Source: a virus (taxonomy: Duplodnaviria; Caudoviricetes). From it: a stretch of DNA of 60,818 bases. Positions 17,119-27,290 of this stretch are shown here, piece by piece. The DNA lies in the IMG/VR virus record IMGVR_UViG_3300026382_000017, positions 1 through 60,818 of that record; one strand, 5' to 3'. The notes below the pieces were generated by a model, which saw only the letters and a list, made by a program, of their open reading frames with translations, made no database searches and had not been told where the DNA came from. Each line of letters starts with the position of its first letter. Positions within the stretch are counted from its first letter, which is position 1. The translations under genes and the position numbers were made by a program.

Positions 17119-17758
17119 CTTTTTCCTTTATATTATTTTCATAGTAATTTTCAAGTGCTTTATATAAATTTTCAAAAAAATTATCAACTTCAATTTCTTT
17201 CGCTAACTTAAAAGCAACAACATTATCCTCATCACCATTCCAATTCTTAATGTAAGTTCCTTCTTTATAGCCATTTTTAGTTCTAAATAAATTCAAAACA
17301 TTTTTAGTCATATAAGTTCTAAACACATCCTCTATATTATCTAATCCATAAGCTTTCATAGCTTTTCCAAGTGAAAACATAGTTTGCGTTTTTCCTATAT
17401 CTTTTAACAATTTAGTTTTTCTTTCAACAGATTTTATTTTTTTACCAAAACCTGAAATAAAACCACTTATTTCTTGTTCAAAAACATATTTTGTTTGATA
17501 TGCTAACCAACTCAACTTAAAATGTAAAATATCAATTAGTTCAACTTTTATATTTTCTTCATCAATATCCTGTTTCTTCCACCATTTATACCCAGCACTT
17601 GAAAGTGCTTCAGCACTTTCTACCAAAATAGCTTCTTCCCAATTTTCCATATCCAACTTTTTACGCCATTCTGGAAAAATCTCGTCATTAACTTTACATT
17701 GTGCATCATACATTTGATATAACAAATCTTTAACTTTATCTGAAAATTCTTTTGTCAT
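17048..17758 (-). CDS. dut: Dimeric (all-alpha, Campylobacter-type) dUTPase
   Basis: ESAEAL, YKWWKK, VELIDILHF, KNVLNLFR..NGYKEGTYIKNWNG.EDN. Confidence 0.9.
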   Translation of the reverse strand: MTKEFSDKVKDLLYQMYDAQCKVNDEIFPEWRKKLDMENWEEAILVESAEALSSAGYKWWKKQDIDEENIKVELIDILHFKLSWLAYQTKYVFEQEISGFISGFGKKIKSVERKTKLLKDIGKTQTMFSLGKAMKAYGLDNIEDVFRTYMTKNVLNLFRTKNGYKEGTYIKNWNGDEDNVVAFKLAKEIEVDNFFENLYKALENYYENNIKEKDDNNRTITKSGERKFNKKETRVN

Positions 17759-17779
17759 TCAAACTCCTTTGTTTTTATA

Positions 17780-17808
17780 ATTATAACATAATAAAAAAGA
17801 AAAGTCAA
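17780..17808 (-). promoter_or_regulatory. Consensus sigma70-type promoter
   Basis: TTGACT-17-TATAAT upstream of dut. Confidence 0.75.
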
Positions 17809-17811
17809 GAA

Positions 17812-19899
17812 CTAAAATTTAAAAGTATCAAATTTATTTAAATCATTCTTGAGTGTTCCTTTTTGATAATTTGTGTTATCGGCTTCTTGTAAAGCAACTT
17901 GTGTTTTATTTAAATTTCTATAATCATTAAACCAATCAATAATATCAGATTTTTCCTCGTTAAAAATTGGATTTAACCCTATAACTTTTAATCTAAAATC
18001 TGTCCAATATTTTATAAAATGTTCACCAATCAACTTAGTATAACCCGGAATATTACCATCTTTCAAAAGATATTCATTCCATTCAAACTCTAACTCCACT
18101 GTTTCTTTTGCCATTTTATAAAGCATATCAATTATTTTATCTCGTAAATGATAAAAACCTTGATTTTTATCTGATAATAAAATTTTAATTAAATTTTGCC
18201 CTGTTGTAGTATGTACTGTCATCTCATCCCAAGCAATCAATTTTAATGCTTGACTAAATCCTTGAATACAATTTCCACAAGCTTTGTTAATAGTCCAAGT
18301 AACAAAAAAACTAAATGGAAATTTCACACCCTCTAAAAAATAAGTACGTAACAACAATTCTATTAAAGCTAATTTAGCCTCGTCATCTTCTCTATTTTGT
18401 TTTATTACTAAATCTATAAATTTATTAGCTGTTTCAATTTCTTTTTCTGTTCTTCTTTGTAAAATTTTATCTTCATAAACATAATCAAGCATTTCTGCAA
18501 CTTTTTCACCAAATACCTGAAATAAACCATTTGAGTAACTTAAACTATTTCCTGTTATTGCTATATATTTACCACTAAACCTTACTACAATAAAAGTAGA
18601 AGGGACTTCAACACCAACAATATTACCATTATAATCAATTAATTCTTTTTTCATTTCTCTACCTGTTTTATGTGTTTTAGGGATTAAATACAAACAATAA
18701 GATTTAGATTTTATCTTAGTCTTGCCATTATAATGATTATTCTTAATAGCTCTTTCCAACCCTTTATCATCAACACCAACTTGATAACCACCGATAGCCG
18801 CTAATGCCATTACTTTATCAATAGCTTTTTTATTTGAATTTATATATCTTACTGCTTGTTTATTAGCACATCCAGCCCCATCCCAATATCTTAATTCTTC
18901 TATAAACTCTTTTACCCAACTATCAGTAACATTATCTAAATCAACCCAATCAAAATTTTTATCAAATAACATATCAATCCATACATAAAAATTAACATAT
19001 CCTCTTTTTCCTCTCTTAATTGTGTAATCACAACCAATATTATCTAATATCCATTTTAATCTTTCTATTTTTCTTTGTTTTTTAAACCCAAACCTATAAG
19101 CATAACCTCTGTATGTTTTATGTGCACCTTTATATTTCCAAGCATTCATATAGCTTCCGTCTGCTTGAAAAGCAATTGCAAGTCTTTCTTTAAAAGATAA
19201 TTTATCTTTTTTACCTGTTCTCTTATACGCACTTACAGGAATACTCCAATTATAGATACTACAATTTAATGCTTCCTCTACTTTCCATTTTACATCTCCT
19301 TTGTAATCATTAAACGCAACAACTCTGTGTTTTGGTGTTACAACATATTCCATATTACTCATAGACCATTTTACTAATTTTCCAGAATAATATTGTTTTT
19401 CTATGCTTATAGGATTTTCAAAAGTAATAGTTCCAACCCTATCTTTTTCATCCAACCACCAATTAGCTACTTTATCTTCTAATGTTAAATCTTTTAATTT
19501 TTTCCATCCATTACTTGTCAAAATTTCATCTTCTTCTTTTAAGCAATGTATTTGTTCCTCCGTACCAATTCTACTATAAAGATAACTTAACCAAGTATCT
19601 GTTGCTATTTCACTTAAAGCACCAAAAGTATTAGGAACTAAACTATCCATATTGTTTTGATACAATAAATTTAAATGGAACATTCTAAACATTTTACTAT
19701 CTAAATTACTAATACCTTTTTTATCTTTACTATAATCAATTTCATTCATAAACCAAGTATTACCTTCACTATTTTCAGCTAATGTTTTAAAAATAGGGTA
19801 GGAAACCTTATCAATTCTCTGAAAGTTTCCATAATCCCCAAAAAATAATTTACCATATTCTTTCGGTTTCTTATTTAAGCATAATGTATTACAAATCAT
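17812..19899 (-). CDS. nrdB: Class Ia ribonucleotide reductase beta subunit containing an intein
   Basis: EEQIH|..|SLSY (ExxH plus radical Tyr), LEGVKFPFSF, DEMTVH, QVALQE; 362 aa after splicing. Confidence 0.93.
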   Translation of the reverse strand: MICNTLCLNKKPKEYGKLFFGDYGNFQRIDKVSYPIFKTLAENSEGNTWFMNEIDYSKDKKGISNLDSKMFRMFHLNLLYQNNMDSLVPNTFGALSEIATDTWLSYLYSRIGTEEQIHCLKEEDEILTSNGWKKLKDLTLEDKVANWWLDEKDRVGTITFENPISIEKQYYSGKLVKWSMSNMEYVVTPKHRVVAFNDYKGDVKWKVEEALNCSIYNWSIPVSAYKRTGKKDKLSFKERLAIAFQADGSYMNAWKYKGAHKTYRGYAYRFGFKKQRKIERLKWILDNIGCDYTIKRGKRGYVNFYVWIDMLFDKNFDWVDLDNVTDSWVKEFIEELRYWDGAGCANKQAVRYINSNKKAIDKVMALAAIGGYQVGVDDKGLERAIKNNHYNGKTKIKSKSYCLYLIPKTHKTGREMKKELIDYNGNIVGVEVPSTFIVVRFSGKYIAITGNSLSYSNGLFQVFGEKVAEMLDYVYEDKILQRRTEKEIETANKFIDLVIKQNREDDEAKLALIELLLRTYFLEGVKFPFSFFVTWTINKACGNCIQGFSQALKLIAWDEMTVHTTTGQNLIKILLSDKNQGFYHLRDKIIDMLYKMAKETVELEFEWNEYLLKDGNIPGYTKLIGEHFIKYWTDFRLKVIGLNPIFNEEKSDIIDWFNDYRNLNKTQVALQEADNTNYQKGTLKNDLNKFDTFKF
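18547..19545 (-). mobile_element. Intein with LAGLIDADG-type homing endonuclease in nrdB (333 aa)
   Basis: CLKEEDEILTSNGWK start, VTPKHRV block B, FQADG and YWDG endonuclease motifs, ITGN|S end. Confidence 0.92.
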
Positions 19900-19920
19900 A
19901 TATAACTCCTTTATTTATTT

Positions 19921-22900
19921 TTAAACTGCACAACCTTCACAAACTTCTTCTATATCACCCTTTTTTAAACTATTAAAATAGTATAAACTTTTTACACCTA
20001 ACTTTTCTGCATAAACAATATCATTAATTATATCAAACGCACTATCAGGATTAGTCTGATATAAATTCAAACTTTGACTTTGGTCTAAAAATTTTTGTCT
20101 TATAGCCGCCAATTCTAATATCTGTTTTGTTGGAATTTCCCAAGCTTTTTCATAATACATTCTATTTTTCTGTAAATTAGGCACAATAAATGGTAATGTG
20201 TAAGTACCCTCTTTTGTTATTTTCAATTCCCTAATAGGTTCTATTCCTTCTGTAAAATTTAATACTGCACTTGAAGTAGCACCGGGTGGAATACTCATAA
20301 GCAATTCAAATCTAACACCATATTTTACCATTTCTACTCGTAAACTATCCCAATTATGTTTTAAAGGATAATTTAAAGTTACTCCTAATTCTTTTTCAAT
20401 TTCTTTAAAATATTCCTCATATAGCTCCCAACCAAATTTGCCTTTACTCCATAAGCTACCATCATAATAGTAATACTTACCTCTTTCTTTGGATAATTCA
20501 ATAGAATTTTTTACAAGGTAAAAATAAATATCCTCCATAACATAATGCGTAACTTCTTTAGCCTTTTCGTCACTAAATTTTATTTGTTGACTTGCTAACC
20601 AATTATGGTAATTTGTAATACCTATTCCTATAGCTCTGTGTAATTTATTAAACCTTTCACCTGCTTTTACAGGGTAATCGGCATATTCAATCGCATTATC
20701 CATACCAAGCAATAAAGAATAAATAAATTTGTCTTTTTCTTCCTCATTCATTTTATTCCAAGCCAACAGATTTATAGAAGTTAAATTACAAATACCAATT
20801 TCTCCATCATAAGACCTAACTTCTTTAATTACGCCTGTTTCTACATCCTTTATAAACTTAATTTTATTTAATTTTAAAGGTTTTGTAGGTAATAAAACTT
20901 CTGAACAACACAAATTACCCTGATTTATAAAATCTTTTGTAACTCTAAATTTATTAGCATTATCTACACTAAACCAATATAAATTACCTGTTTCACTTCT
21001 TATTTTAGCAACTAAATATGCTAATTCTCTTGCTTTAATTTTCTTTTTTCTTATGCCCTGTTTTTCTGAATAATATTTATACCATTTTTTAAACTCTTCT
21101 CCATAAGTATCGAGCAATTCTGGTGTATCTTTTGGGTCAAATAAATATACATAATCATCATTAATAATAGCATCTGTAAAAACAGAATTCCATTTTATTG
21201 CATATTTTAATTTTCTTGCCCTCTCATCATCATTTCCTCCTGCATCTTTTAATAATGTAATCCTTTCACTATCTAAATGCCAAAAAGGATAGTACACTGC
21301 CGCCGCTCCTACTCTTGCTGAATTACCACTAATTACAACCTTACCGTTTCTTCTCACTACGAGAATTGTTGAAGGAACACTAACACTGTATATTTTCCCT
21401 GTATATGTAATTTTTTCTTTTCTAATACCTCTGTTTGAGTTTTCCTTGTTGCTAATACTACAACTGCCTATTTTATTTGTCTTTACAAAACTAATTTTAT
21501 ATTGTTGTTTCCATACTTTATTTTCAGGTGTAATAACTGAGATACTTGTTCTATAGTTACCTAACACGGCTAATGCTTGAATTTTATCAACATTTTCTTT
21601 TTTTATTGTTAAATAGGAGTAGTCTCTATTTTTTGAACTCCCATCCCATTGAGTAAGCTCAAAAATAAACTCATCAATCTCCTGCTCCGAATACTTTGTT
21701 ATATCCACCCAATCAAAATCTTTAGGTAAAACCCCATAATCAACAGATACTTTTACATCAAAAATAGTTACAGGTTTATGTTCACCATTTTTGTTTATTC
21801 TTACTTTATAGTTAATATCAAATCCTTCCCTAATCAAAGTATCTAATAAATTTTGTAATCTTTTAATCTTTCTTTTTTTAGTAAATCTAAAATAGTAACT
21901 ATAATAACCAGAAAACTTACCAGTTATTCTTTTATTTCTACCTCCATCTGCTTGATAAGCAATTAAAAATTTATCCCAATTAGATAAATGTTTATTTTTA
22001 TTAATATTACCTCCGCTAACTATCATCCAATTATCAGAACCATATTCTATATCTTTAGCATATTCAATACTTAATTTATTAGATGGGGTTATCAATTTTA
22101 CCATTCTATGGTTTTGAGAAACCAATAAATCAATATATCTACCGCTATTCATATAAAAATGATACATTGGTTGCTCTTTTAAATCATACTCAAAAAAATC
22201 AACATAATTAACAAATTCAATATGCCCATTACCTTCTCCATCATAAACATATTGAGCTACTTTTTCATTCTCCAATTCACTAAATAATTTCCAACCATTT
22301 TCTGTTAAAATTTCAGTGTCTTCTGAGTAGCACTTTTGATTCCAGCTCGAAACAATACTTTCAAATACTTTTATAAATGGTATTACCCCAGAACTAACAC
22401 CATCTTTTCCTATACTACTACCTAATGCTCGTATTCTACTTATATCTACTCCTAATCCTGATGCATTCTTACTATAAATAGCCATACTTCTTGCTGTTTC
22501 CATAATACTTTCGCTGTCATCATCTGTCTGAATAAGAACACAACTTGTGGCATTAAATATATCACTTAAAGAATTTAACATTATAGGCGTAGCTGGTGCT
22601 ATTTTATGTAAACTTAACATATCATATTTTTCTTTAATCCTCTTTAACCTATCCTTATCTTTATAGTGTAATTGAATTGCTACCCTCATATAAGTATGTT
22701 GAGGTAATTCCAGCATTTTATTTTTTGTGTATCTTTTAGCATATTTACTCATAAATAATTCTAATCCCCCAAAAGTAAATAAAAAATCTCTTTTTGGGTT
22801 AATATAGCTACCTAATTCCTTTAACTCTTCCTCTGAAAAAGTTTCTATAATTTCTTTTTTATAAATATTATATTTTAAAGCTTTTTTTATTACTTCCAAA

Positions 22901-23226
22901 TAATCAGGGTATTCATCTCTTTTTATCCCCCAAACTTCTTTGTAATATTTTTGAATAAGTAAATTTTTAGCTACTTCATCCCATATTGGATATAATAAGG
23001 AAATCTTATTAGCAACTGTATTTATAACTTCATCAAATAATTTAGTTATATGAATTTTATCATAAATTTTTATTTGAACATCATTTAAAATTTCATCTAC
23101 CATCCACTCTCTATCGTTACAAGCCCATTTTAAAACTTTTCTCATTTTCTCTTCATCATACTCTTCAATTCTACCATCTCTTTTAACAACTAAATGTTTT
23201 TTATTTTTTACTAATTCTATTGCCAT
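19921..23226 (-). CDS. nrdA: Class Ia ribonucleotide reductase alpha subunit (ATP cone) containing an intein
   Basis: VVKRDG ATP cone, PATP, TSCVL, NLC..E, ICNL, PGATSS, KSLYY, C-terminal CEGC; 764 aa after splicing. Confidence 0.95.
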   Translation of the reverse strand: MAIELVKNKKHLVVKRDGRIEEYDEEKMRKVLKWACNDREWMVDEILNDVQIKIYDKIHITKLFDEVINTVANKISLLYPIWDEVAKNLLIQKYYKEVWGIKRDEYPDYLEVIKKALKYNIYKKEIIETFSEEELKELGSYINPKRDFLFTFGGLELFMSKYAKRYTKNKMLELPQHTYMRVAIQLHYKDKDRLKRIKEKYDMLSLHKIAPATPIMLNSLSDIFNATSCVLIQTDDDSESIMETARSMAIYSKNASGLGVDISRIRALGSSIGKDGVSSGVIPFIKVFESIVSSWNQKCYSEDTEILTENGWKLFSELENEKVAQYVYDGEGNGHIEFVNYVDFFEYDLKEQPMYHFYMNSGRYIDLLVSQNHRMVKLITPSNKLSIEYAKDIEYGSDNWMIVSGGNINKNKHLSNWDKFLIAYQADGGRNKRITGKFSGYYSYYFRFTKKRKIKRLQNLLDTLIREGFDINYKVRINKNGEHKPVTIFDVKVSVDYGVLPKDFDWVDITKYSEQEIDEFIFELTQWDGSSKNRDYSYLTIKKENVDKIQALAVLGNYRTSISVITPENKVWKQQYKISFVKTNKIGSCSISNKENSNRGIRKEKITYTGKIYSVSVPSTILVVRRNGKVVISGNSARVGAAAVYYPFWHLDSERITLLKDAGGNDDERARKLKYAIKWNSVFTDAIINDDYVYLFDPKDTPELLDTYGEEFKKWYKYYSEKQGIRKKKIKARELAYLVAKIRSETGNLYWFSVDNANKFRVTKDFINQGNLCCSEVLLPTKPLKLNKIKFIKDVETGVIKEVRSYDGEIGICNLTSINLLAWNKMNEEEKDKFIYSLLLGMDNAIEYADYPVKAGERFNKLHRAIGIGITNYHNWLASQQIKFSDEKAKEVTHYVMEDIYFYLVKNSIELSKERGKYYYYDGSLWSKGKFGWELYEEYFKEIEKELGVTLNYPLKHNWDSLRVEMVKYGVRFELLMSIPPGATSSAVLNFTEGIEPIRELKITKEGTYTLPFIVPNLQKNRMYYEKAWEIPTKQILELAAIRQKFLDQSQSLNLYQTNPDSAFDIINDIVYAEKLGVKSLYYFNSLKKGDIEEVCEGCAV
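21322..22332 (-). mobile_element. Intein with LAGLIDADG-type homing endonuclease in nrdA (337 aa)
   Basis: CYSEDTEILTENGWK start, VSQNHRM block B, YQADG and QWDG, VISGN|S end; sits in the WNQK|SARVGA loop. Confidence 0.93.
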
Positions 23227-23236
23227 TTATTCTCCT

Positions 23237-23464
23237 TTAACTCCATCTTATTAGAGCAACTGTATTTATTATTAACCATATTAAATTCAACCAAAACAAA
23301 CTTTTTGATTTAACTTCAGTAGCAAATTTCATATATGCTAAATCACTTATGATATATGAAATAAAAGCATATATCATAAAATCATTACCTAAATTCAAAG
23401 CAATCAACAAACTCGCCAATATACCAAATATTGTTCCAACAAAGTCATATTTTAATTTCAACAT
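23237..23464 (-). CDS. Small membrane protein
   Basis: Three hydrophobic segments. Confidence 0.65.
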   Translation of the reverse strand: MLKLKYDFVGTIFGILASLLIALNLGNDFMIYAFISYIISDLAYMKFATEVKSKSLFWLNLIWLIINTVALIRWS

Positions 23465-23465
23465 A

Positions 23466-23494
23466 ATTATAACCTATTTTTCACTAAATGTCAA
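23466..23494 (-). promoter_or_regulatory. Consensus sigma70-type promoter, probably for nrdAB
   Basis: TTGACA-17-TATAAT. Confidence 0.7.
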
Positions 23495-23684
23495 GAACAA
23501 ATATTTTAATTGAATATTTTATAAACAAAAACATCACTAAAAATATCCACCCTACCCAATAAACTACAAAATTCACAATCTGCTGTTTCAAATCCCATTG
23601 TTTTACAGTTTTTTTATTAGCTATAAAATAAAATAATGTAACAAAATAACCATAAAAGAAATACAAAAATATAAATGCCCACAT
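23484..23684 (-). CDS. Small membrane protein
   Basis: Two aromatic-rich TM helices; GGAG RBS. Confidence 0.6.
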   Translation of the reverse strand: MWAFIFLYFFYGYFVTLFYFIANKKTVKQWDLKQQIVNFVVYWVGWIFLVMFLFIKYSIKIFVLDI

Positions 23685-23971
23685 TACTCCTCCTTATATT
23701 TTATCTTGTTTAAAACTTTTTCATCTATTTCAATAATATTACCATACTCAAATAAAACACCTAAATCAATAATTTTTAATGCTCTATCATCTTCAAAATA
23801 CCCCAAAATAAATGAAAAACTATCCTCATCATCAGTGTAAATAAACCAAAAATTCTTCCTTTTTAATAAAGCTAAATTATCACAAAAACATTCCCCATTT
23901 TCTGTTAAAATACTTTTACATTTATCACAAACAATTCCAAACTTTTTTTCAACCATTTTTTTCCTCTTCAT
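23684..23971 (-). CDS. Hypothetical Zn-binding protein
   Basis: CDKC...CFC motif. Confidence 0.65.
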   Translation of the reverse strand: MKRKKMVEKKFGIVCDKCKSILTENGECFCDNLALLKRKNFWFIYTDDEDSFSFILGYFEDDRALKIIDLGVLFEYGNIIEIDEKVLNKIKYKEE

Positions 23972-24185
23972 AATATTTTTTTGGTTTAATTATAAAAATA
24001 GGTAATTTTTCCTTTACTTCTTTGTTTTTTATACCATACATCTTTTTTATTAAATGTATAGTACGCCTATCTCTATCTAAAATTCTTCCAATATCAGCAT
24101 TAGAAAAATAAGGGGAAAGAACTTTTACTAACTCTAACAATTCTGGCGTACTTTTCCATCTTAATTTCTTTTTTCTTTTACTCAT
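23949..24185 (-). CDS. Small HTH DNA-binding protein
   Basis: SNADIGRILDRDRRTI. Confidence 0.7.
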   Translation of the reverse strand: MSKRKKKLRWKSTPELLELVKVLSPYFSNADIGRILDRDRRTIHLIKKMYGIKNKEVKEKLPIFIIKPKKYYEEEKNG

Positions 24186-24193
24186 TTTTACTC

Positions 24194-25549
24194 CTATATT
24201 ACAACAAATTCACCAACACCTTCTTGTTTATAATAAGAATACACTGCATAACGCAATGCCGCAATATAATCAAAATGATGCCCCTTTACTCTTTTAAAAG
24301 GGTCAGGACTTTTAACATTCGTATCTTTCCATTCAAGCACTTGAATTTGTTGTATTAACTCTTTCATATCTTTATTAATATATAGTTTTTCCTGCTCAAA
24401 TAATTGGTTTAACAAACCAACACTTTCTTTTATAGCATTCATTGCTGGATAAAAAATCAAATTATGGTCATTTGCCAACCCTATTCTTGTTAATTTAGCA
24501 GAAGGGTCAATAAAACGTAATGTCGGCTCAACACCCCATTTTTCTTCTATATTTTTTATCATTTCCGCTAACTTAGCTTCTGATACGTTATTAATTTCAA
24601 AACCATCAAGCACATAATATTTACCCCTTTCCACATAAACCAAAACATAACTTGAATTATCACTTGCACCAACATCTAAACCTGTCACAATAATATTATT
24701 TTTATCAATTAAAGATTTAAATATACTAACATCAGTAGTATTTTTATTATAATCAAAAGAATAGAACACTCCACTTTCTTGAAATAAAACAGGTTCATTC
24801 AAATATTGCATTCTAAATTCTTTTTCACCTATTCTTTCTCTTTCTTGTTGTAACATTTCAGGTGTGAATAAAGGATTCTCTGTTGCTTTATAATTAATAC
24901 TAATATAACCTTTCTCTTTTCTTTCGCCTCTTAGATAATATTCGTAAGCCACTTTGTTTTTCCTCAACGAGCCAAGCATTATTGTTTTTGCAAGACGCAT
25001 TCCGTTTGGGTGTGTTCCATATGTCAGCATTGCTGGGCTTAAAGAAGATAAAATTCTATCAATATCATTTATTAAAAATACTTCATCTATTATTAATAAA
25101 CTTAAAGATAAGCCCTCTAATTGTTCAACTGTTTTTTCTGAAACACCATAAAATGCTGACCCGTTTTCTAACTTAAAAGTCTTCTGTTGTGAATTTATTG
25201 AAATAGGTTTTATACCCATTTTTCTTAAAATTTTCAAGACTTCATTAAAAATAACATCCAACTGTTTATTAGTAGGACAAACTAAACCAACATTTGCTTG
25301 AGGAGTTAACAAATCTAACACTGCAATATGTGCTGTTGTTATTGATTTGCTTGATCTTCTTGATGCAAGAAGAAACAAAGTATGAAACTCCTCGTATTGT
25401 TTGTCAATAACATTTATAACTTTTTCCTGAAAAGGCAGAGGTTTCAATTCTGTAAGTTTAAACAAATTCTTTAGTTTAGGTCTTTGTTTTCCAAGTTTCA
25501 CTTTTCTATAAAAAGCAACATCTTTACTTACAACCTCACTCATCATCAT
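24194..25549 (-). CDS. terL: Terminase large subunit (T5-like)
   Basis: PFQ Q-motif, ASRRSSKS Walker A-like, LLIIDE Walker B, ENP..F.MQY, GLDVG RNase H nuclease, IDPSA, D..AALRYAVYS. Confidence 0.9.
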   Translation of the reverse strand: MMMSEVVSKDVAFYRKVKLGKQRPKLKNLFKLTELKPLPFQEKVINVIDKQYEEFHTLFLLASRRSSKSITTAHIAVLDLLTPQANVGLVCPTNKQLDVIFNEVLKILRKMGIKPISINSQQKTFKLENGSAFYGVSEKTVEQLEGLSLSLLIIDEVFLINDIDRILSSLSPAMLTYGTHPNGMRLAKTIMLGSLRKNKVAYEYYLRGERKEKGYISINYKATENPLFTPEMLQQERERIGEKEFRMQYLNEPVLFQESGVFYSFDYNKNTTDVSIFKSLIDKNNIIVTGLDVGASDNSSYVLVYVERGKYYVLDGFEINNVSEAKLAEMIKNIEEKWGVEPTLRFIDPSAKLTRIGLANDHNLIFYPAMNAIKESVGLLNQLFEQEKLYINKDMKELIQQIQVLEWKDTNVKSPDPFKRVKGHHFDYIAALRYAVYSYYKQEGVGEFVVI

Positions 25550-25949
25550 CTCTTGTTAATTGCTGTAAAATATTGACAAAAACATTTTGGTCAGATGTTC
25601 CAAGCCTTTTCTTTTCCTGTTCTTTATTTATTTTATCAGCTAATGCTATAACATCCAAAATATCTCTACCTTTCCCTATTAATTTTGTGACATCGCCGTC
25701 TGCTTTTTTAATCATTTCATCAGTCAATTCATCTAAAATTTTTGTATGTTTTTCTCTCAACAACAATTCTCTTGTTTCAACAATTTCCTCAATCTTTTTT
25801 TTAACATCAGGTTTTGAAAATACTCTATTAACAACTTTAATAGGAATATCAAGCTTGTGAGCAATTGCTTCTCTATCATATCCCTCTGTATATAAAGTAA
25901 GTATTTCTTCTTCAATTATATTATACTTTACAATATCACCCATAATCAC
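25536..25949 (-). CDS. terS: Terminase small subunit (putative)
   Basis: N-terminal HTH plus helical region, directly upstream of terL. Confidence 0.7.
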   Translation of the reverse strand: MIMGDIVKYNIIEEEILTLYTEGYDREAIAHKLDIPIKVVNRVFSKPDVKKKIEEIVETRELLLREKHTKILDELTDEMIKKADGDVTKLIGKGRDILDVIALADKINKEQEKKRLGTSDQNVFVNILQQLTRDDDE

Positions 25950-26149
25950 TCCTCACATAAATTATACAAAATTTTATTAAATTCATTTTCTATCGCTTTT
26001 TTATATTCTAAATTTTTTTCTAATTCTTTATTTTTTTCTCTACATTTTTTACATCTTAAAAACTCATCAAATTTTTCACTATAAAAAACTTCGCCACAAC
26101 TACATTTTATTTTTACTACATTATCTTCGTCAAATCTTCCAATTAACAT
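25946..26149 (-). CDS. Small Zn-ribbon protein
   Basis: CSCG...CKKC. Confidence 0.65.
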   Translation of the reverse strand: MLIGRFDEDNVVKIKCSCGEVFYSEKFDEFLRCKKCREKNKELEKNLEYKKAIENEFNKILYNLCEE

Positions 26150-27261
26150 CGTAATACTCCTACTTCTTTTACTTTCTCAATATCAACTAATTCCACTTGT
26201 AACAACGCTATTTCCTCTTTTATAATCTGTTCAATTTGTTCAAAAGAAATTTTCTTATTATGTATAAGAGCAATCAAATCTTTTTTTATTTTTTGTAAAT
26301 ATTTTTTAATAGTTTTATCACTTATTTTAGCTATTTTTGCTAACTTTCTAAAACTAACAAGTCCCCAGATTATTTTAAAAAAGGCAATCTTTCCTTCTTT
26401 TAAAGAGGCAACAATATTTTTAAATCCTTTTATATAAGTTTTTTTCGCTTTATACTTTGCAAGTAATCTATTATATTGAGCCTGATATTTATTTTTCTTA
26501 TAATTTTCATTATAATTTCTTTGTGCAAAACTATAAGCACTTGCTGTTGTTGCTTTTACTTCACTAAAATTTAATGGCTCAATCATCAAATCATTAACTC
26601 TAACCGCTTCTTTTAAAACCTGTTCAAAAGATAAATGAATATTTCTAAAAGTAAAAGTTCTTATATACTGAAACAATGTATTGTTTCTTTCTCCTACTTT
26701 AACTGCTGTAAAGTCAATAAATTTTTCTGTTTTTTTAATTGATTTTCTTTTCTTTGCAATTGTTTTCTTCATACTTTCCAAAGAAACAATATGTTCAAAA
26801 TCATTTAATGTATAATGTACATCCATAAAAACATAATCGTGAAATAACGGATTTCTAAAAATATAGCCTGCTGAATGTTTATCTCCCCCAAAATATTCAT
26901 TCAGTTTTCTAATTAATTTTTTTCTGTAACTTAGCAATAAACGATTATTTTTCCAAATAGGTGTATCTAAATACCAATGTAAATGCCAACCTTTACTTGT
27001 TTTAACAATTATTGTAGGAACAGGAATAACATTTTTATCACAGAAAGAATAAAAATGTTCAAATTCCTGAAATCTACTTCTATCATCAATGTCAATTGAC
27101 AACCATTGATATTTTTGTGGATGAGCAAATTGAATAAACTTAAATTTAGTTACACCTATTACTTTAGGTATATTTAAACGATACGCACCTTGTTTTTCAT
27201 TTGAGCATTGAATTTTAGAAGGCAATCCTGACAATAATAATTTAACTACTTCCTCATTCAC
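26143..27261 (-). CDS. rep: ColE2-type plasmid replicase (AEP primase + PriCT-1 + C-terminal HTH)
   Basis: FIQF..P...WLSIDID, PTIIV..SKGWHLHWYLDTPI, GGD..SAGYIFRNPL, GERNNTLFQYIR, EPLNFSEVKATTAS, SFRKLAKIAKISDKTI. Confidence 0.85.
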   Translation of the reverse strand: MNEEVVKLLLSGLPSKIQCSNEKQGAYRLNIPKVIGVTKFKFIQFAHPQKYQWLSIDIDDRSRFQEFEHFYSFCDKNVIPVPTIIVKTSKGWHLHWYLDTPIWKNNRLLLSYRKKLIRKLNEYFGGDKHSAGYIFRNPLFHDYVFMDVHYTLNDFEHIVSLESMKKTIAKKRKSIKKTEKFIDFTAVKVGERNNTLFQYIRTFTFRNIHLSFEQVLKEAVRVNDLMIEPLNFSEVKATTASAYSFAQRNYNENYKKNKYQAQYNRLLAKYKAKKTYIKGFKNIVASLKEGKIAFFKIIWGLVSFRKLAKIAKISDKTIKKYLQKIKKDLIALIHNKKISFEQIEQIIKEEIALLQVELVDIEKVKEVGVLRC

Positions 27262-27290
27262 ATATCTCTCCTTTTACAAAATCACAATAT

